From Pseudovirgaria hyperparasitica (Eukaryota): DNA of 64,000 bases. Both the position numbers and the translations under genes were made by a program. Every line of letters begins with the position of its first letter. Position 1 is the first letter of the stretch. Shown here one piece after another: positions 1 to 15,153 of this stretch. A model generated the notes under the pieces. That model was not told the origin of the DNA. It saw only the letters and a program-made list of their open reading frames with translations, and ran no database searches. The stretch is taken from the NCBI GenBank assembly GCA_010093815.1, contig ML996565.1; one strand, written 5' to 3'.

Positions 1-274
1 TAGCTCTAGTAGTTTCCTTAGAATAGAATAGAGTAGAGTAGAACTCTATAGAACTTATAGACTCTATAGTAGAACCTAATAGAACTCTATAGAAGTTCGT
101 GTTTCTAAAGACCTCTAGAAGTTTCTAGAGGGTTCTAGAAACTTCTATAAGAGTATAGAGTATTTATATATATAAGTAGATAATATTAGTAATATTAATT
201 ACTAATATTAAGCTATTCCTAATAAGGAAGTACCTTATATAAACTTATTAGATATAGTAGAGGTTAAGTTTATA
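1..274 (-). repeat. End of an LTR-like element (family F) inserted into the gag zinc knuckle of Gypsy A copy 2
   Basis: Homology to Gypsy A gag (cf. 37301-37320 aagaagaaaggtaagtat) stops abruptly at 275. On the minus strand the new sequence starts TATAAAC (RIP of TGTAAAC) and contains a TATATATAAA box. The rest lies outside the window, and orientation is uncertain. Confidence 0.5.
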
Positions 275-1694
275 ATACTTACCTTTCTTCTTTAGTTATT
301 CTCTTTCTTTATTAGATAGGTGTTTTATCTATAAGGTACTAAGTTCTATTAGTATAGGTCTATTATAGAATCTCTTATATAGGTAGTTTAGAGCTTTATT
401 AATATAACTCTTCTAAGTATCTTATTTAAGTATAGATTAAAAGATCTTTTTTTCTCTTTTCTCGTAGCGTCTCTTATATAGTTAGTTATTAATCTAGACT
501 ACTAGCTTAATATACTCTTAGAGGTTAGTAGAATAGTCTCTCTCTCTAGAGATTTTATCCTTAATATTATTATATAATCTAGTATAGAACTAAAGGATTA
601 GGGGTTTATCGTCCTATCCTAGCTAACTAGAGATTTATTAGAATTTTAAGGCGTAGTTAGATATAGATTTTATCTAGACTATTTACTAGATTTATCTCTT
701 AGCTATCCTTTATTTATCTATATCTCTAAAGGTTATTTTAATATATTCCTTAAATTCTTTAAAACGTTTAAAGATCTTAGTAGTATTATTCTATTAATTC
801 TATAGATTATTTTCTATAAAGTCACTTAAATAGAGTTTAAACTAAGCGAGTGTATCTCCCTTTAGTAGTCTAGTAGTAAATATAACTTATTCTTCCGGGT
901 TCTAAATTTAATAGGCCTAGAGGTATATTCTAATCTATATTAGAAATCCTTAGAGTTTACTTTACTTATCTTTAAAAGGTTCTAGGATTTTTCTTTTAAA
1001 GCCCTCTTTAGCTTTTCTAAGTTTAATATTTTCTCTTTAGAGCTCCGTAACTTACTCCTCTAGTTCTATAATAAGGTATCTAACTTATTCTATAGTTAGA
1101 GCTTATAGAGTGGTTTATAAAGATAAGGACTATCTATTATTTACTATTTTATATTTAAATAGATAGCGTGAATACTTACTTTAGAGTCTAAGTAGAAGTA
1201 ATTAAACTATAATAAACCTTCTCTAATAAGGATACGGCTTATCCCTAAAGTACTCTATTATATAGAGTATTCTAGCTTTCCTAAAGGTAAAGATACTTAG
1301 AAAGCTTAGAAGAGTATAAGTAGATTTATAATAAGTATTAATAGGGTATAAATAGTAACTAGCTAGTTAGCGAGTAAAGTAGTAATTATATTAGTATAAG
1401 TTTAAATTAATTACTATAGAACTATCTCTAGAGATTAGGTCTAAAGGGTCTATATAGTTCTACTAAGGTCCTCTAATTAGAATACTTATTCTAAGCGTTT
1501 AGTATATTACTTAGAATATCTATTCTAAGTACCTATAATTAGCTCTCTCTATAGATATCTATCTTAGCCTTAGGTTATTGCCTAAAGCTATCTATTATAT
1601 TATAGGCGCCTCTTCTATATGTTATACTATCTCTTACGCTACTTATACTAGAGTCTACGTATCCCCCTATGGCCCTAGCTAGTAATTTATTATA
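275..1694 (-). mobile_element. Gypsy family A, copy 2 (5' LTR plus gag relic), inserted into Gypsy B integrase region
   Basis: Reverse complement of 35857-~37318, differing mainly by transitions. Confidence 0.92.
1208..1694 (-). repeat. 5' LTR of Gypsy A copy 2 (487 bp)
   Basis: Matches LTRs 35857-36385 and 52974-53502 apart from a 42-bp indel between two tattctaagta direct repeats. Confidence 0.9.
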
Positions 1695-4129
1695 CTTTCT
1701 TATAGAGATATAGTATAATATCTTTATAAATCTATCTAGAACTATAAGTAAACTATTATAAATATATCTAAAATACTTACTTAGAGGTAGATCTATAATA
1801 AAATCTATTAATAATTTCTTCTATACCTTCTTTAGTATAGATAATAGCCTTAATTTACTATATAGTAAGTATCTATATACTTTTATATACTAGTAAACGT
1901 TATACGTTTTTATATAGTCCTTTATATATTTATAAAGATCTAGCTAGTTATATATTCTTTAGATTAAATTAACTATTCTTATAATATTAAAGTATTCTAC
2001 TAACGTATAATTATACTATTCCCTTAAAATATTAATTTATAAGCTGTCTTCTAGTATATAGAGTCGGTCTTAGAGTAGATTACGTCTAATTATTATTTCT
2101 ATCTTAATAACTATAGCGGATCTATAGCGCTTTCTTTTATACTTATAACTTTCTTTACTAATATATTAGAATTCTAGATAGATTTAATTAAGTCTTTAAG
2201 GGTTTTCTTAGTTTCTTAGATATTTATTTAGATTACTTAATACCTACTCTAATTTCTACGGAGAATTACTAAAAGTATCCTAGCTTTAGATATTCTATTA
2301 GATAACTAGTCTTATAGTATCTATAGTATAGTATAGTCTAAGTTATACTAACTATCTATATTATTCTATAATAATTTCTTATAATCTTTACACTACGATA
2401 GAGGATTAGCTTTATTCTCTCTTCTAGCTCTATATAAGATTTTAAAGTTAAATATTAATATCTACTTAGTCTAATATACTTATTAGTAATTAAGGATCTT
2501 AGTTAATATAAAGTAATATAGATTTATATAATCTAATAATAATTTAATCTAATATATAGAACCTTTTAAATAATATTACTATTACTTAAAACTCTTAATA
2601 ATTATAAGTAGTTTCTACTTATATATATTATAACACGTCTTTATATCTACTATTTTATAGAAAAAGAAGGCGACTAGATACTATTATACCTTATCTTTTA
2701 TATTCTTATATAGTTAACTAATAATTCTAGTAATTATAAATTCTAATATATTAGTTTTAATCTAAATATACTTCTTAGAGTTAAAATATCTAAGAATTAG
2801 TATAGTTATAAAGTAATTCTTTAATAATTAGAACGTATCTTATACTTCTAGTATTAACTATATCTTAACTAACTTAGCTTTACGCTATACTTACCTATCT
2901 ATAGAGATTTTACCGCTATTTTTAGTAAGTTTATTAAGTAGCGCTATAATCTATAAGAAGCCTATAATAAATTTATAATAATAGTTTATAAAACCTATAA
3001 ACGTTCTAATTTAATATATAGTAGTAGGTTCTAGCTATTCTATAATAGTCTTTATACGCTCTAGCTCTATTTTTAGACTACTATATATTATAATAAAGCT
3101 AAGAAATCTAACTTCTTATTAGTAGAACTTATATTTAGATAACTTTATATAGAGTTTATACTATCTTAGATAATTTAGTACTAATTTTATATATTCTTTA
3201 TAATTCTATATACTATTAGAGTAAATTAGTATATTATTAAGATAAACTATATAGATTACGTTGAGTAATTCTATAAGTATAGTATTAATATATTCTTAAA
3301 ACGCTTCTAGTATATTTATTAGTCTAAATAGTATAATAGTATACTTAAAATAACTATATCTAGTCTAAAATATAGTTTTCTACTTATCTCTATAACGAAT
3401 TTAAAGCTAGTAATATATATCTTATAAATCTAGCTTTATAAAGTACTTTACCTTTATTAATTAGTCTAAGAATTTATTAACTAGTAGTAATAGATAATAA
3501 TTCTTCTTAGTTACTATATTTAGTATCTAATAGTTAATATATAGATATAAACTTCTATCTTTCTTCTTTATAAAGAGAATAGATATACTAGCTAATAATA
3601 TACTATAATATATCTAGTCTCTTCTAAGGTATTCTTTTATATATTTATAAAGAACTTTAGTCTTAAAAGTAGATAAAGTAGACTATAGAGAATGTCTACT
3701 CTCTCTTTAAGCTTAATCTCTAGCTTATATAGTCTATAATTAGAGAGAAGTAACGCGTCTCCTACTAAAAATATATCTATATACTATAAATATATATTAG
3801 ATAGCGTGTCTTTACTCTAATTATTACTATTATTCTTATCTTTATTAATAATTAATAGAGATATAAGATAGATTAGTAATAATTAAGTCTATATAGTAAG
3901 GTTCTATACCTTCTTACTAATACTTATAACTTACTAGTATAATTTACTATAATATTAATAGAACGTTAATATTATCTTCTAAAAATTAAGAATAGAGTTT
4001 AGACGTTTAAGCTAAGGTATCCCTAGAATTATATTCTATTAGCTAATATTAGCTATAATAAATTTATTAGATATCTACTATTTTATTATCTTTAAGTTAT
4101 AAACTTTATAATTTATTATAGCTTTATCT
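1695..4129 (-). pseudogene. Gypsy family B pol relic (RT, RNase H, start of integrase)
   Basis: Minus strand near 3220-3247 reads GTT TAT CTT AAT AAT ATA CTA ATT TAC, i.e. RIPed VYLDDILIY. Continues at 17437 across the Gypsy C insertion (TSD TATCT). Confidence 0.85.
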
Positions 4130-4369
4130 TATTAGGGCTGACACTAGAATAGACTCAACTAGACTACTATGGTCTAGTACGGTCCGTGACAGGTGGACCT
4201 AGGTTAAGCTAGCTAGAATAAGCGAGACTACTATATAAGTAGGCCGCACATACTTAATTTCTACTCTTTAGGAATTAACCTCGTTAGAAGAGTAGACTAC
4301 CCTTTTAAATATATTCCTAAATCCTCCTATAACCTATTAGACTACTATCCTATGTCTATAATCCTTATA
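4130..4369 (+). repeat. 5' LTR, Gypsy C
   Basis: Direct repeat of 17197-17436. Confidence 0.95.
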
Positions 4370-4410
4370 TTTTAATTCCTCTTTATATAGCACGACGGTA
4401 GTTTATAGAA

Positions 4411-7400
4411 ATGGCTCTAACTACTTATTATAACACTCGTAGTACCGCCTCTTATAGTAGACCTTCTCCTAACCTAAATAAGGAGAATAGTCTACCTATA
4501 ACTACCCCTACTAATAACTATACCTTATAGACTATTATACCGATAACTCGTATAATATTCTATATAACTATAGAAGATATTATAGAATACGAGGATAGAG
4601 TCTATTATACTCTATCTTAGTCTAGTTTAAACTATACTAGACCTAACCTTAACACGAGGCTAGACCTTATTAACGTTAACGAGTTAATCCGTTAGAATCG
4701 TCTAATATTAACTATATCTTATAATAACGTATATACTAGACTATACGAAGAGAGGTAATAATAGGTTTAACTCGAGTAATAACTACGTGAACTCGATAAA
4801 GCTCGAGGACGTACTACGAGACTTAAAGCTATATTACACGCTTTAGTTCTAGTAATAACTAATCTATATTTATATAGATCTATACTAACTAAAACAAAAG
4901 AACTTCTCACACCCTAACGGACTAAACTGGTTAATTCGGGGCAATACAGCGATCTACATACATTAAATAATAGAGTATACCAAGTATAACAACCTCTAAT
5001 ACACGCACGTACGTACAGCGTATAATACGCGACGATACCGATATATAGAGACGCTATATATATACGCTCGAAGGCTCTTCGACGACACGAGTATAGACTA
5101 TCTCTAATAAACGCTAACACGCTAACCCTCTTTTTATTAGTTACGGGTAGCCCTTTACTAATAATTATAGCGGCCTTAGGCACCGACGTACCTCGGCTTC
5201 TACCGGGTATACCCCTAATACTAGTACGGTAGAAACGGCTATATAGCGGCATATCCTAGGACGATTAAACCCCCGTCTAATAAATGACAAATAACTAAGG
5301 GTATATAATACTATAGATAATAGAGATAGAGGGGACTCTACCCGGGGAGACCCTCCCGGATAAGATTAACTACTAGGTAGTACGTATAGAGGGGGAAGTC
5401 GAGAAGGGAGAAACGGCCCTTCTTAGTATCTTCCGGAACCTTATCCAGAATATTAGGGAGCTTACTATAGAAGTAAAATAGGCGCCGGAACTAGACCCGG
5501 AATCTAGACTAGATTATATAGAGGCTAGCCTATAGAGGATCTAGAAGGGCCTTACCTAGGGAAAACGCCCTAGCACGTGGGCATAGGTCGCCGCACCCAT
5601 AAGCGGAATAGCTATATTAGCTAAAATACTAAGGGCACCCACGGACGGGGTATATAGTATATAAGTCGCTATCTAGGATAAAGAAGTACTCGTATAAGTC
5701 TAGTAAGCGTCCCTAAAGGATATTATAAATAAGATTAACGAATAGAAAGAGATATAGTTAAATATAGTAGCTACTAAACTCACCCTAGGAGGTATAGTAC
5801 TAACTACTACTACTAACACGGTCTAGTAGACTATCTTACGCGACCCGAACGTAATTAACGATATCTTCTCTAGCGCGTCCGTCCGCGTAACCATATACCC
5901 GATATAAGTATATACTATCTCTATCCGAGGACACGTCATTAAAGAAGATAATATTAAGCGAATAGAGTAATCTAATAAACCAAAGTACCCCGGGATTAAG
6001 ATCGCGAAGGCGTGGTAGAAGAACGTCTAAGGGATCAAGATAAAATTAAAAAAGCACTCTACTATAATAGTAGAGCTTAGGGACCCCGCTCTCGCCTATA
6101 GAATAATATAGGAGGGCTTCCTAGCTAAAGGAGAGCTACTTACGGCGGAACTATAGGATAGGGCATAGGTAATAACGCAATGCTTTAACTATTAAGGATA
6201 TAGATACACTAGGTAGAGGTACTCTTAGAAGACCGCCTATAGGTAGTATAAATAGGGCCATAACACTAAGGAATACCCTTATAAGACGCAGAGCGATGAG
6301 ACGCGAGATAGGGACACCGCTAAGTACTCTAACTACGATAGGAAACACCTATTCTAGTCGGTAACGTGCACGAAACGTAAGTAGATTATAGAATATATTA
6401 ACGTGATAAAGATAAGAGGGGTAAGATAGATATACTAAGCCATAAGGCCCTCGCTACCCTCGCCGCCATCCCTAACTTTACTTATAAATCCAGTAACCAC
6501 CCCCCGAAGGGGAGAGGATAACGTGTAATAGTATACTATATAGAGAAAGATAGGCCGACCCCGGGGTATACTTAAAGCCCCTACCGCGCGAGGATAATCA
6601 CGCCTTAGCGCCACTAATATATAGACTCGAACTTTCCCTAGCACCTAATAAGAGTATAAGATACACTTATTATTATATAGGTGAACGTATAATATAAATA
6701 AGAAAACCAAGCGACGCTTCTAGAAGAGATAGGAGCCGTAATAATAGCTATCTAGGAACTATATAAACACTACTAAACTAATAAGCTAATAATATACCTA
6801 GGATACTATACCATCTACCCTACGGGCCCGGATAGGAGAGTTATGTTTTATATATATAAGTCGATCCCGCTCTTAGAATAGTCTTATACTAAACGTGATA
6901 ACCTCCGGATGACACTACATCTCTAGATAAGTATAGGGCCTCTCTATATCTATAATATCTATAATTAATAGCGATCGCTTATACTAGATAATATACTCGA
7001 GGGCACCACGACGCCGGGATAACATATCCTCCTAGGCGACTTTAATCTCTACTATAGGTAGTAGGGAGGCCTAGCCGTCGCGAGAGAAGAACTTAGAGTA
7101 AGGGAACTATATATACGGTACCATGACTTCCTATACCTCCTTATACCTATAGAGTAGATTACCTAGAGGAAATATAAATAGGACGAGGACGGGTCTACGC
7201 TCGACCTTACCCTCGCCACCGAGTATATTAGCTATAGAGTATAGTACTACCGCCCGAGCCGGATATAGACGGACTCCGACCACGAATATATAGAAACCGT
7301 AATAGACGTCTCTACTCTTAACGAATAATATAGGAAATAGCTATAGAAGGATACTAATTAGGATAAATACCTAGAGGACCTAGAATCGGCGATTCTAGAC

Positions 7401-10400
7401 CCCTCTATAGTCGACGTATCTAACGGCCTAGCCATAGATAAGGCCGTGCAAGTCCTCCTTTAAGCATATTAAGCCATAAGAGATAAACACGTGCTATACT
7501 AAACGTATAGACCCCTAGAAGCGAGGGGTATACCTTAAATACGAGAGTATAGAAGAGACGCCCGTAGACTATATATATATATATACTATATCTAGACAAC
7601 TAAGGCGTAGGAAGAGTAGAAGGAAGTAGTACGATATCGTGATAGGGCCCTCCGTAATAAACGATGAAAATAATAGTATATAATTACCAATAAACACATA
7701 CGGCAAGCCGTAGGGCTATAGCGTATAGTAAAGTAGGCTAAGGGTATAGACGCGCCGATACCGCCGCTACTAATACCTCCTCTAATATACTAAGAGAGGA
7801 TATACTCTATAAGCCCGGAGAAGACGGAGATCTTACGTAAAGTTATATTCCCCCTCCCGGAGCTAGTAGACCTATTAGACATTAATAATACTAAATACCT
7901 AGATATAATTAATATCCCCTAAGAGGTCACCGAGGAGGATATACTCGACACCGTTAAAGTACTCCCGAATAATAAGGTACCCGGACTAGATAGGATACTA
8001 AATAGATACCTTAAATGTACTATACTAGCTACCCTACCGCTTATTAGTTATATATTTTAAGTATATATTAAGAACGGATACCACCCCTAAAGCTTCCGGG
8101 CTATCTATACTATTATACTCCCGAAACTAGAGAAGAACCCTAGCTCCCTAAAAGGATGGAGGCTAATCGCCCTCCTCTTCTATCTTGGGAAGATACTAGA
8201 GGCTATGATCGCGAAGAAGATAAGCGTCGTAGTATAGAAATATAATCTCCTCCTAGTAAACTAGAAGGCGAAGGCTAGAAGCTCCCTAATTACCGCTATC
8301 TAATATATTCTTAAAGTCATCTAGACCGCATAGAAGTAGGGACGTATAGTAATACTACTCTCCCTCGATATAGCCGGCGTATTCGATAAAGTAAACCACA
8401 CGAGACTCATCTATAACTTACGGAAGAGGCGTATACCCGCGTAGATTACGCGGTTTATATAGTCCTTCCTCGCTAAAAGAGTTACCTAGATATATATCCC
8501 CGGATATTAAAGTAAGTACGAGAAGACGGCTTACGGTATTCTATAAGGAAGTACTATCTTTCTAATTCTCTTTCTCTTCTTTACTATAGACCTCCTCTAG
8601 GGAATATAATATATAGAGGTAGTAGAATACGTAGACGATATATATCTTCTAGCTATCGATAATAATACTAGCTAAATATATAGACGACTTAAATAAGACC
8701 ACGGGAGATACGTCTAATAGGTAAAGCGCTATAGAGTAAAGTTCGCCCCCGAAAAGTACTAACTTATACACTTTATTAACCGCCGTGGGAAATAGGCTAC
8801 TAGAGAAGGCGAGCGACGCCCTAGAATAGACGCCTTCGATAAACCGCCGATATAAAGTATACGCGTACTCGGCGTTATAATCGATAATAAGCTTAAATAG
8901 AGACTATAGGTAGCATACGCCGTTTCTAGGGCCCTCTAGATAGAAGCTACTATATACTAGATTACGGCCTCCACGTAGGGAACCGCCTAGGATAAGACAT
9001 GCTAGCTATATATATCTATAGCACGACCCGCCTTTACGTATAGACACGAGTGCTAGTATATAGCCCTTATATAGACTAGGCGAATAAAGCTCGAATCCAT
9101 ATAGAACCGTATACTCCGTCTTATATTAGGCGTATATAAAGCTACTAACACGGTACTACTACGACGCGAGACAGACGTTATAAGTATATATAACTTCTAC
9201 TAGATATAGAGGATAGTATACTTTACTAAATAATAAGTATAGGAACGTATAGAAAATATAGAATATACCTTCGCCGCGCTACGCGCGCGAGTTAGTATAT
9301 ACTACTAAGTACTCTTATATATAGGCTAGACTTAACTACGGTATAAGTACCCGATAGAAATAGACTCGAACTAAGTAGTATAAGAGATTAAGGATAACCT
9401 AGATATCCTTCTAGACTAATAGAGCCTTTAAGAGCTCGGACGAAGTATATAGTTATAGATCTAAGATAAGTAGAAAGAGACACTCTAGGCCTAGTAGGCC
9501 TCCTAGTAGAATAGATACCTAGAGTAGATCTAAGGACCATAGAAGGAGCCGAGTAAATAGATATATAAAGGGCTTATAAAGGCCTAGGTATCTATACTCC
9601 TCTAAGCCCGAACGGGCGCTATAGAACTCCTATACTACCTCTATAAGAGAGGCGTCCCTAATATATCTCTATAGTATAAGGCGTACGGCCGGAGAGATAT
9701 AATATACTACTATCTTATAATATACCCTGATCTTCATACGTAAAGGTAGAAGCTTATCTATATAATAAGAACCCCCGATATCGTATAATGGCTTAATAAG
9801 TACTCTAAGGACGTCGCCCGGTAGATAATTATATACCTACTACTCCTCTAATTCTAGTAGATCTAGAAATATATACTAGAAGAAACCCGGTATATATCGG
9901 AGGAAACCCGGCATATACCGGAAGAACCCCTTAACTAATAACCTCCGTACCTATACGTGCTACCTAAGGGTAAAATAACGGTAATATAGGCTATAGGCTA
10001 ATAGGTGTACCCTATGGCTATATACTTAAGAAGAAATAAAGGTTTAACGAGATGTAATTATCGACATAAGGAAGTTTTCCCCTCTTAGGTTTCTTCTTAT
10101 ATAGTAGCTTAGACTAGAGGAGGCATAGGCCTATAGAGTACTACTCTACCTAGTTATATAATATTATTATTATTATTATACTAACTAAAACGATCTATTC
10201 TAGTCTACTACTATCTTAATTACCCCGACCTAAGAAACCATCTTACTTTAATAGTAAAAGTAGAAAGAGTTTCTATATATAGGCTTACTAATATAGCCGA
10301 TTCTTCTATCTATTTATAAACGATAGCGATAAAATTAGATTCGCCTAGAACTACCTTAACCCGACGCCTTTAGAACGTTAGATAGTATACCGAATTAAAC

Positions 10401-13400
10401 ATTCTAAGGATACCTATAACTAGGATATGTTCACCGAATTTCTCCTCTAATATTTTAGTAATAGGGCTAAACGACGTAACTAGGCCTAGGGCCATATCTT
10501 CGAGACTCGATAATAAGATAATTAGTTACCATTATAACTCCTTAAATACCTTTAGCCCCTCTAGAGAGAAGCCAAAGAAGATTATATAATTTAATAGTAT
10601 AATAACTTTAAACGGTCCCTCGCTCTAAATATAAAGGACCGTCTTAATCTTATAATAATAATCTCTATAGACCTCTAAGCTCTTATAAACCTCGCGGAGC
10701 GATACTAGTATATAATAAATAATTAATACCGCGCTAGTACACAACTATCCCTAACGATCTAATCTAACATAAAATCATCTAACTAAAACCAATTTAGTAA
10801 TAGATCTCGCGGGACGTTACAAGGCTACTACCACACCTTAAATTTAAAACCACACGGATCATATCGTGGATCTCCCTACTAATTAACACATTAAGATATA
10901 AGGACCGACTCATATAAACGACCTAAAGTCACTTACTACACCTATAGTAGAATAGACTATATAGCACCTAAGTACCATTTAGGGAAGCTACCGAGTGCTA
11001 ATATAACTAACTAACTAGTTATATACTATAAGTGCTAGTAGCTAGGACATATCGCGCCTAACTACCTAGTATAGAATATAAAAAACTAATAGTCTACAAG
11101 AAACCCTCGCGACTTATAGACGCGACTATAATAGAGGGGTAATCCGCTAAATAGTATATCGAACTATAGACTAGATCTATCGAGGTCCCTTATAGATAAT
11201 ATTAGACTATAATACTCGATAGTAGGTTAGCTACTAACGTTATATCGATCTAACGAGCACGAGAACTTAACGCCGATATCTAAGCTCTAATAGATACTAT
11301 ATTCCATGGTATCGACGGTCCTATTAAGTTATACGGTATCTATACTATTAAATATAGTATCTAGAATAGCGGAGGGAAATAGAAACTCTACTACTTAACC
11401 TTTATCGTGGTAGATAGTCCCTTTAATATAATCCTAGGTATACTATAGCTTAAGAAATATAATCTAAAACTAGACTTCCTTAAGAAGATAGCTAGCTAGC
11501 ATATAAATCTACCTTAATAGAAACTAGTATAGCTTATTAACGATAAATAATTCTAGAAAGATTATAAGAAGGCGATCTCTACTATCTACGTACTCTTACT
11601 CACGTAAAATAGCGAGCTTAGTATTAAAGTAGATAAAAACCTACTATATTAGTATAAAATGTACTAACATATCGCGTTAGTAATTGATTCCTCTAAACTA
11701 TCTTAATACTAATCTACTAACCTTACTATTAATCTCGAAGACGGCTAGTAACCTCTATATAGATCTATCTACCCTCTTTTAGAATCTAAGTTATAAGCCC
11801 TTCGAGAATATATCGAAAAGAACCTTACGCGAGGATAGATTAGGCCTAGTATATCTCTAGCCGGAGCTCTAATCCTCTTTATAAAGAAGAAGGATAGAAG
11901 CCTCCATCTATATATCGACTACTATAGCCTAAATAATATTATATAAAAGAATCGTTATCTACTACCTCTTATCTCTGAGTCTATTAATAGACTAGAACGC
12001 GTAAAGATCTTTACTAAGCTCGATCTACGTAACGCCTACTATCGCCTTTATATTAAGGAAGGCGACGAATGGAAAACGGCTTTTAGGACCCGTTATAGAT
12101 ACTTTAAGTATACTATAGTCCCTTTTAGACTAACTAACGCGCTAGGTACCTTCTAAGCGTATATTAATAACACGCTAGTAGGCCTACTTAACACGACATA
12201 TATCGTGTACCTAGATAACATCCTTATCTTCTTAGATAATAAGGAGGAGTATATCTAGTACGTACGTATAGTCCTAGATAGGCTAGAAAAGTATAAGCTA
12301 TATATTAAGCTATCTAAATACAAGTTCCATTAGGACTATATTAACTTTCTTAGCTTCGTTATTACTAATTAAGGTATAACCATAGAGAGAGATAGAGTTA
12401 CTACTATTATAGACTAGTCTAAACCAAAATCCGTTCGAGATATACGTGTCTTCATTAGCTTCGCTAACTACTACCGAAAATTTATTAAATACTTCTCCCG
12501 TTTAGCCGCACCACTTAATACGTGTACTACTACCACTGACTCGTCTATTACGGTCCGTGGTAGATAGAAATAGTATAATATTAAATTATAATCTATTAAA
12601 TTAACTAAGGTTAAAAGAACATCCTTCGAGAAGATTAAAGAAGCATTTATAACCGCCCTATTACTAGTGTACTTTAACCTAACTAAACCTATTTACGTCG
12701 AAACTAATATATTAGAATTTATAATCTCGGGTATACTCTCCTAGCCTAGACTAATAGAGTCTAAAAAGGTCTAATAGTATCTAGTTACGTTCTTCTTACG
12801 TAAGATAGCTAACGTCGAGACTAGATATACTATTTATAACTAAGAGCTACTAGTAATAGTAGAGTTATTTAAGTAGTAGCGATATTATCTTAAAGGTACT
12901 ATATATAATATTAAGTTACTAACTAATTACTATAACTTAAAGGGGTTTATAAGTACGATAGTTTTAAATCGTTAATAGGTTTAATAGACTAAGTAGCTTA
13001 TAGATTTCTACTTTATAATCTACCATCGACCTAGAAGTATAAACCTAGCTAATAGAATATTAAGAAGACCCGACTATAAAGAAGGCGCCTAGGATTATAG
13101 TAGCTATAGGGTCCTAGAGTAGCTATAGGCCTAACTCTTAAGGACGAGGTTAGATAATAAGTTATCTAACGATTAGCGAGATACTAATACTAATACTAGT
13201 AATCGAATTTATAAGACCGAAGCTAGTAACTAAAGACGCGGTACCGAAGTCCCTAGTAAGCTATTTATTAGCGCTATTAGAGAGGGCGATGGTACCCGGC
13301 GTGTATATTAAGTAGACCTCGCCTAGTTAATCGTAGATCTATAAAAGATAGACCTAATAGTTTTAAAGTTACGTAAAATATAGTAAGATAGATTATTATA

Positions 13401-14860
13401 GACTAAAGTAGACTATAAGTAGACCTTCGTAGACGGCTTACTCTACTACGATAGAAAGTACTATATACTAATAGATAACGCATGATTTACTATAGTTAGC
13501 CGATACTATGACGCTAACCTAGTAGGATATTTCGGGTATATACGCACCCTAAGCTCGATTTATTAGTACTATTTTTAGGAAGATATACCTAAGTACGTCG
13601 AAGAATGGATAGCTACTTATCCGATTTATTAAAGAATAAAGGTACCTAGGCATAAGCTATATAGAAACTTATAGCCTCTACTAGTCCCCCTCTTTATATA
13701 GGAAGATATTACTATAGATTTTATAGTTAACTTATCTCTAAGTAAGATGCTTAGAATAAGTTATAATTTAATTCTTATTATTATAGATAGACTTATAAAG
13801 ATATCTAGGTACGTCCCTATATAGAAGACGATTATATTAAAAGAACTAGTATAAGTATTCTAGAATAAGATTATTAAGGTCTATGGTATACTAAAAAGGA
13901 TCGTTATAGACCGAGGGAGTATATTTATATCTAAATTCTAGACGTTATTCTATAAAATGGCCGGTATAAATAGAAATATATTAATAGCATTCCATCTATA
14001 AATAGATGGTTAGATAGAGCGATAGAACTAAACGCTCGAGGCCTACCTTCGTGTATTCTATAATTTCGAATAAGACGACTAGGCCTCTCTACTAAGTATA
14101 GTAGAATTCGCGTATAATAATAGTTATTATAGTATAATAGGTGTTACGCCCTTCTAGACGAACCTAGGACGTAGTCTAAGGATAGGTTTCGAACCTTATA
14201 CGGTCTAGTTTAACCGAATGATAGATGTTAACGTCCACGCGTAGGAACTAGCGATTAAAATCTTTAAAACCGCACGTAACTATCGCGTAATAATCTAGTA
14301 AGTAAATAAGTCGTATATAAAGTACTATAATAGATTAGTTAAAGATTAAGCGTATAAGGAGGGAGACGAAGTCCTCCTTAACGTCTATAATATATAAATA
14401 TCGCGAGTAAATAAAAAGCTTAATTATAAAATAGCTAGTCCCTTCCGAATCAAACGTTGTATTAGTATAAGAGTCTACGAGCTCGACCTAGGAAACGATA
14501 TAAAAGTCTATAATGTATTCCATGTCTTATTACTTAAAAGGTTTCGACCTAACGTGTATAAACGTATGAATGTATAATTATACTCTATTATACCCTAAGA
14601 TAGACTAGACGTGTACGAAGTAGACTATATTATTAAATATAGGCTCGACGAGAACGGTGTCTAAAAGTATCGAATCCGTTAGAAGAACTATACCAAGGAT
14701 AAGAACACCTAGAAACCTACGGTATATATCTTAAGTACCGCGATAGCTATATATAAATAGAGGTTATAGAATAATACGTTACTACCGTAAACCTAGCGCC
14801 GTCGGGGCCGTTATAAAAAGAAGAAGAATACTATAGAGAACGAAGTGTTAAATTACGAAT
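4411..14860 (+). pseudogene. Gypsy C gag-pol relic, interrupted by LINE 4896-10176
   Basis: ATG at 4411. De-RIPed motifs: CCHC knuckle CYKCQQPGHIAPNC ~11022-11065, protease ALIDT ~11285, RT VYLDDIL ~12205, RNase H ~12690, integrase ~13700-14100, chromodomain YEVDHI..YRIRWKNY..NTWEP ~14613-14718. Confidence 0.9.
4896..10176 (+). mobile_element. Full-length Tad1/CgT1-like LINE, copy 1 (ORF1 with CCHC knuckles; ORF2 APE-RT-CCHC)
   Basis: 15-bp TSD tatactaactaaaac (4881-4895 and 10177-10191), (TAT)n tail, ORF1 knuckles from ~6181, APE motifs LLGDFNLH ~7030 and DSDH ~7270, RT KAPGxDxIP ~7975 and Y(A/V)DD ~8628. Confidence 0.95.
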
Positions 14861-15103
14861 CCTAAACGTACACTAGGAAAACTCTATAAGGTAGCCCTAT
14901 AATTTAAGTAATATACGGTTACCAAACGCGAAGAAAACGTAAATAACCGTTATAGGCACGCGACGTAATATATTATAATAGAATAACATAGAGAAGTCTA
15001 GAATAGACTAACATAGACCATTATACATGAGAAGAACATGGGACTAAGAAACTAAAAAGGTACCCTACTACGGAATTAAACTCGTAACATATAATATAAA
15101 AGG

Positions 15104-15153
15104 TTAGAGTACCCGAACCGATAACTACTAGGCTACTAGTTCGGGTACTCTAA
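15104..15153. other. Perfect 15-bp inverted repeat (hairpin, 20-nt loop) in the Gypsy C 3' region
   Basis: ttagagtacccgaac (15104-15118) and gttcgggtactctaa (15139-15153). Confidence 0.85.

Noticed and set aside
4914..6644. Supplied minus-strand ORFs 4914-5252, 6151-6348 and 6435-6644
   Set aside because: They are antisense to the LINE 5' UTR and ORF1, Ile/Tyr/Leu-biased as expected from RIPed DNA, and carry no motifs.
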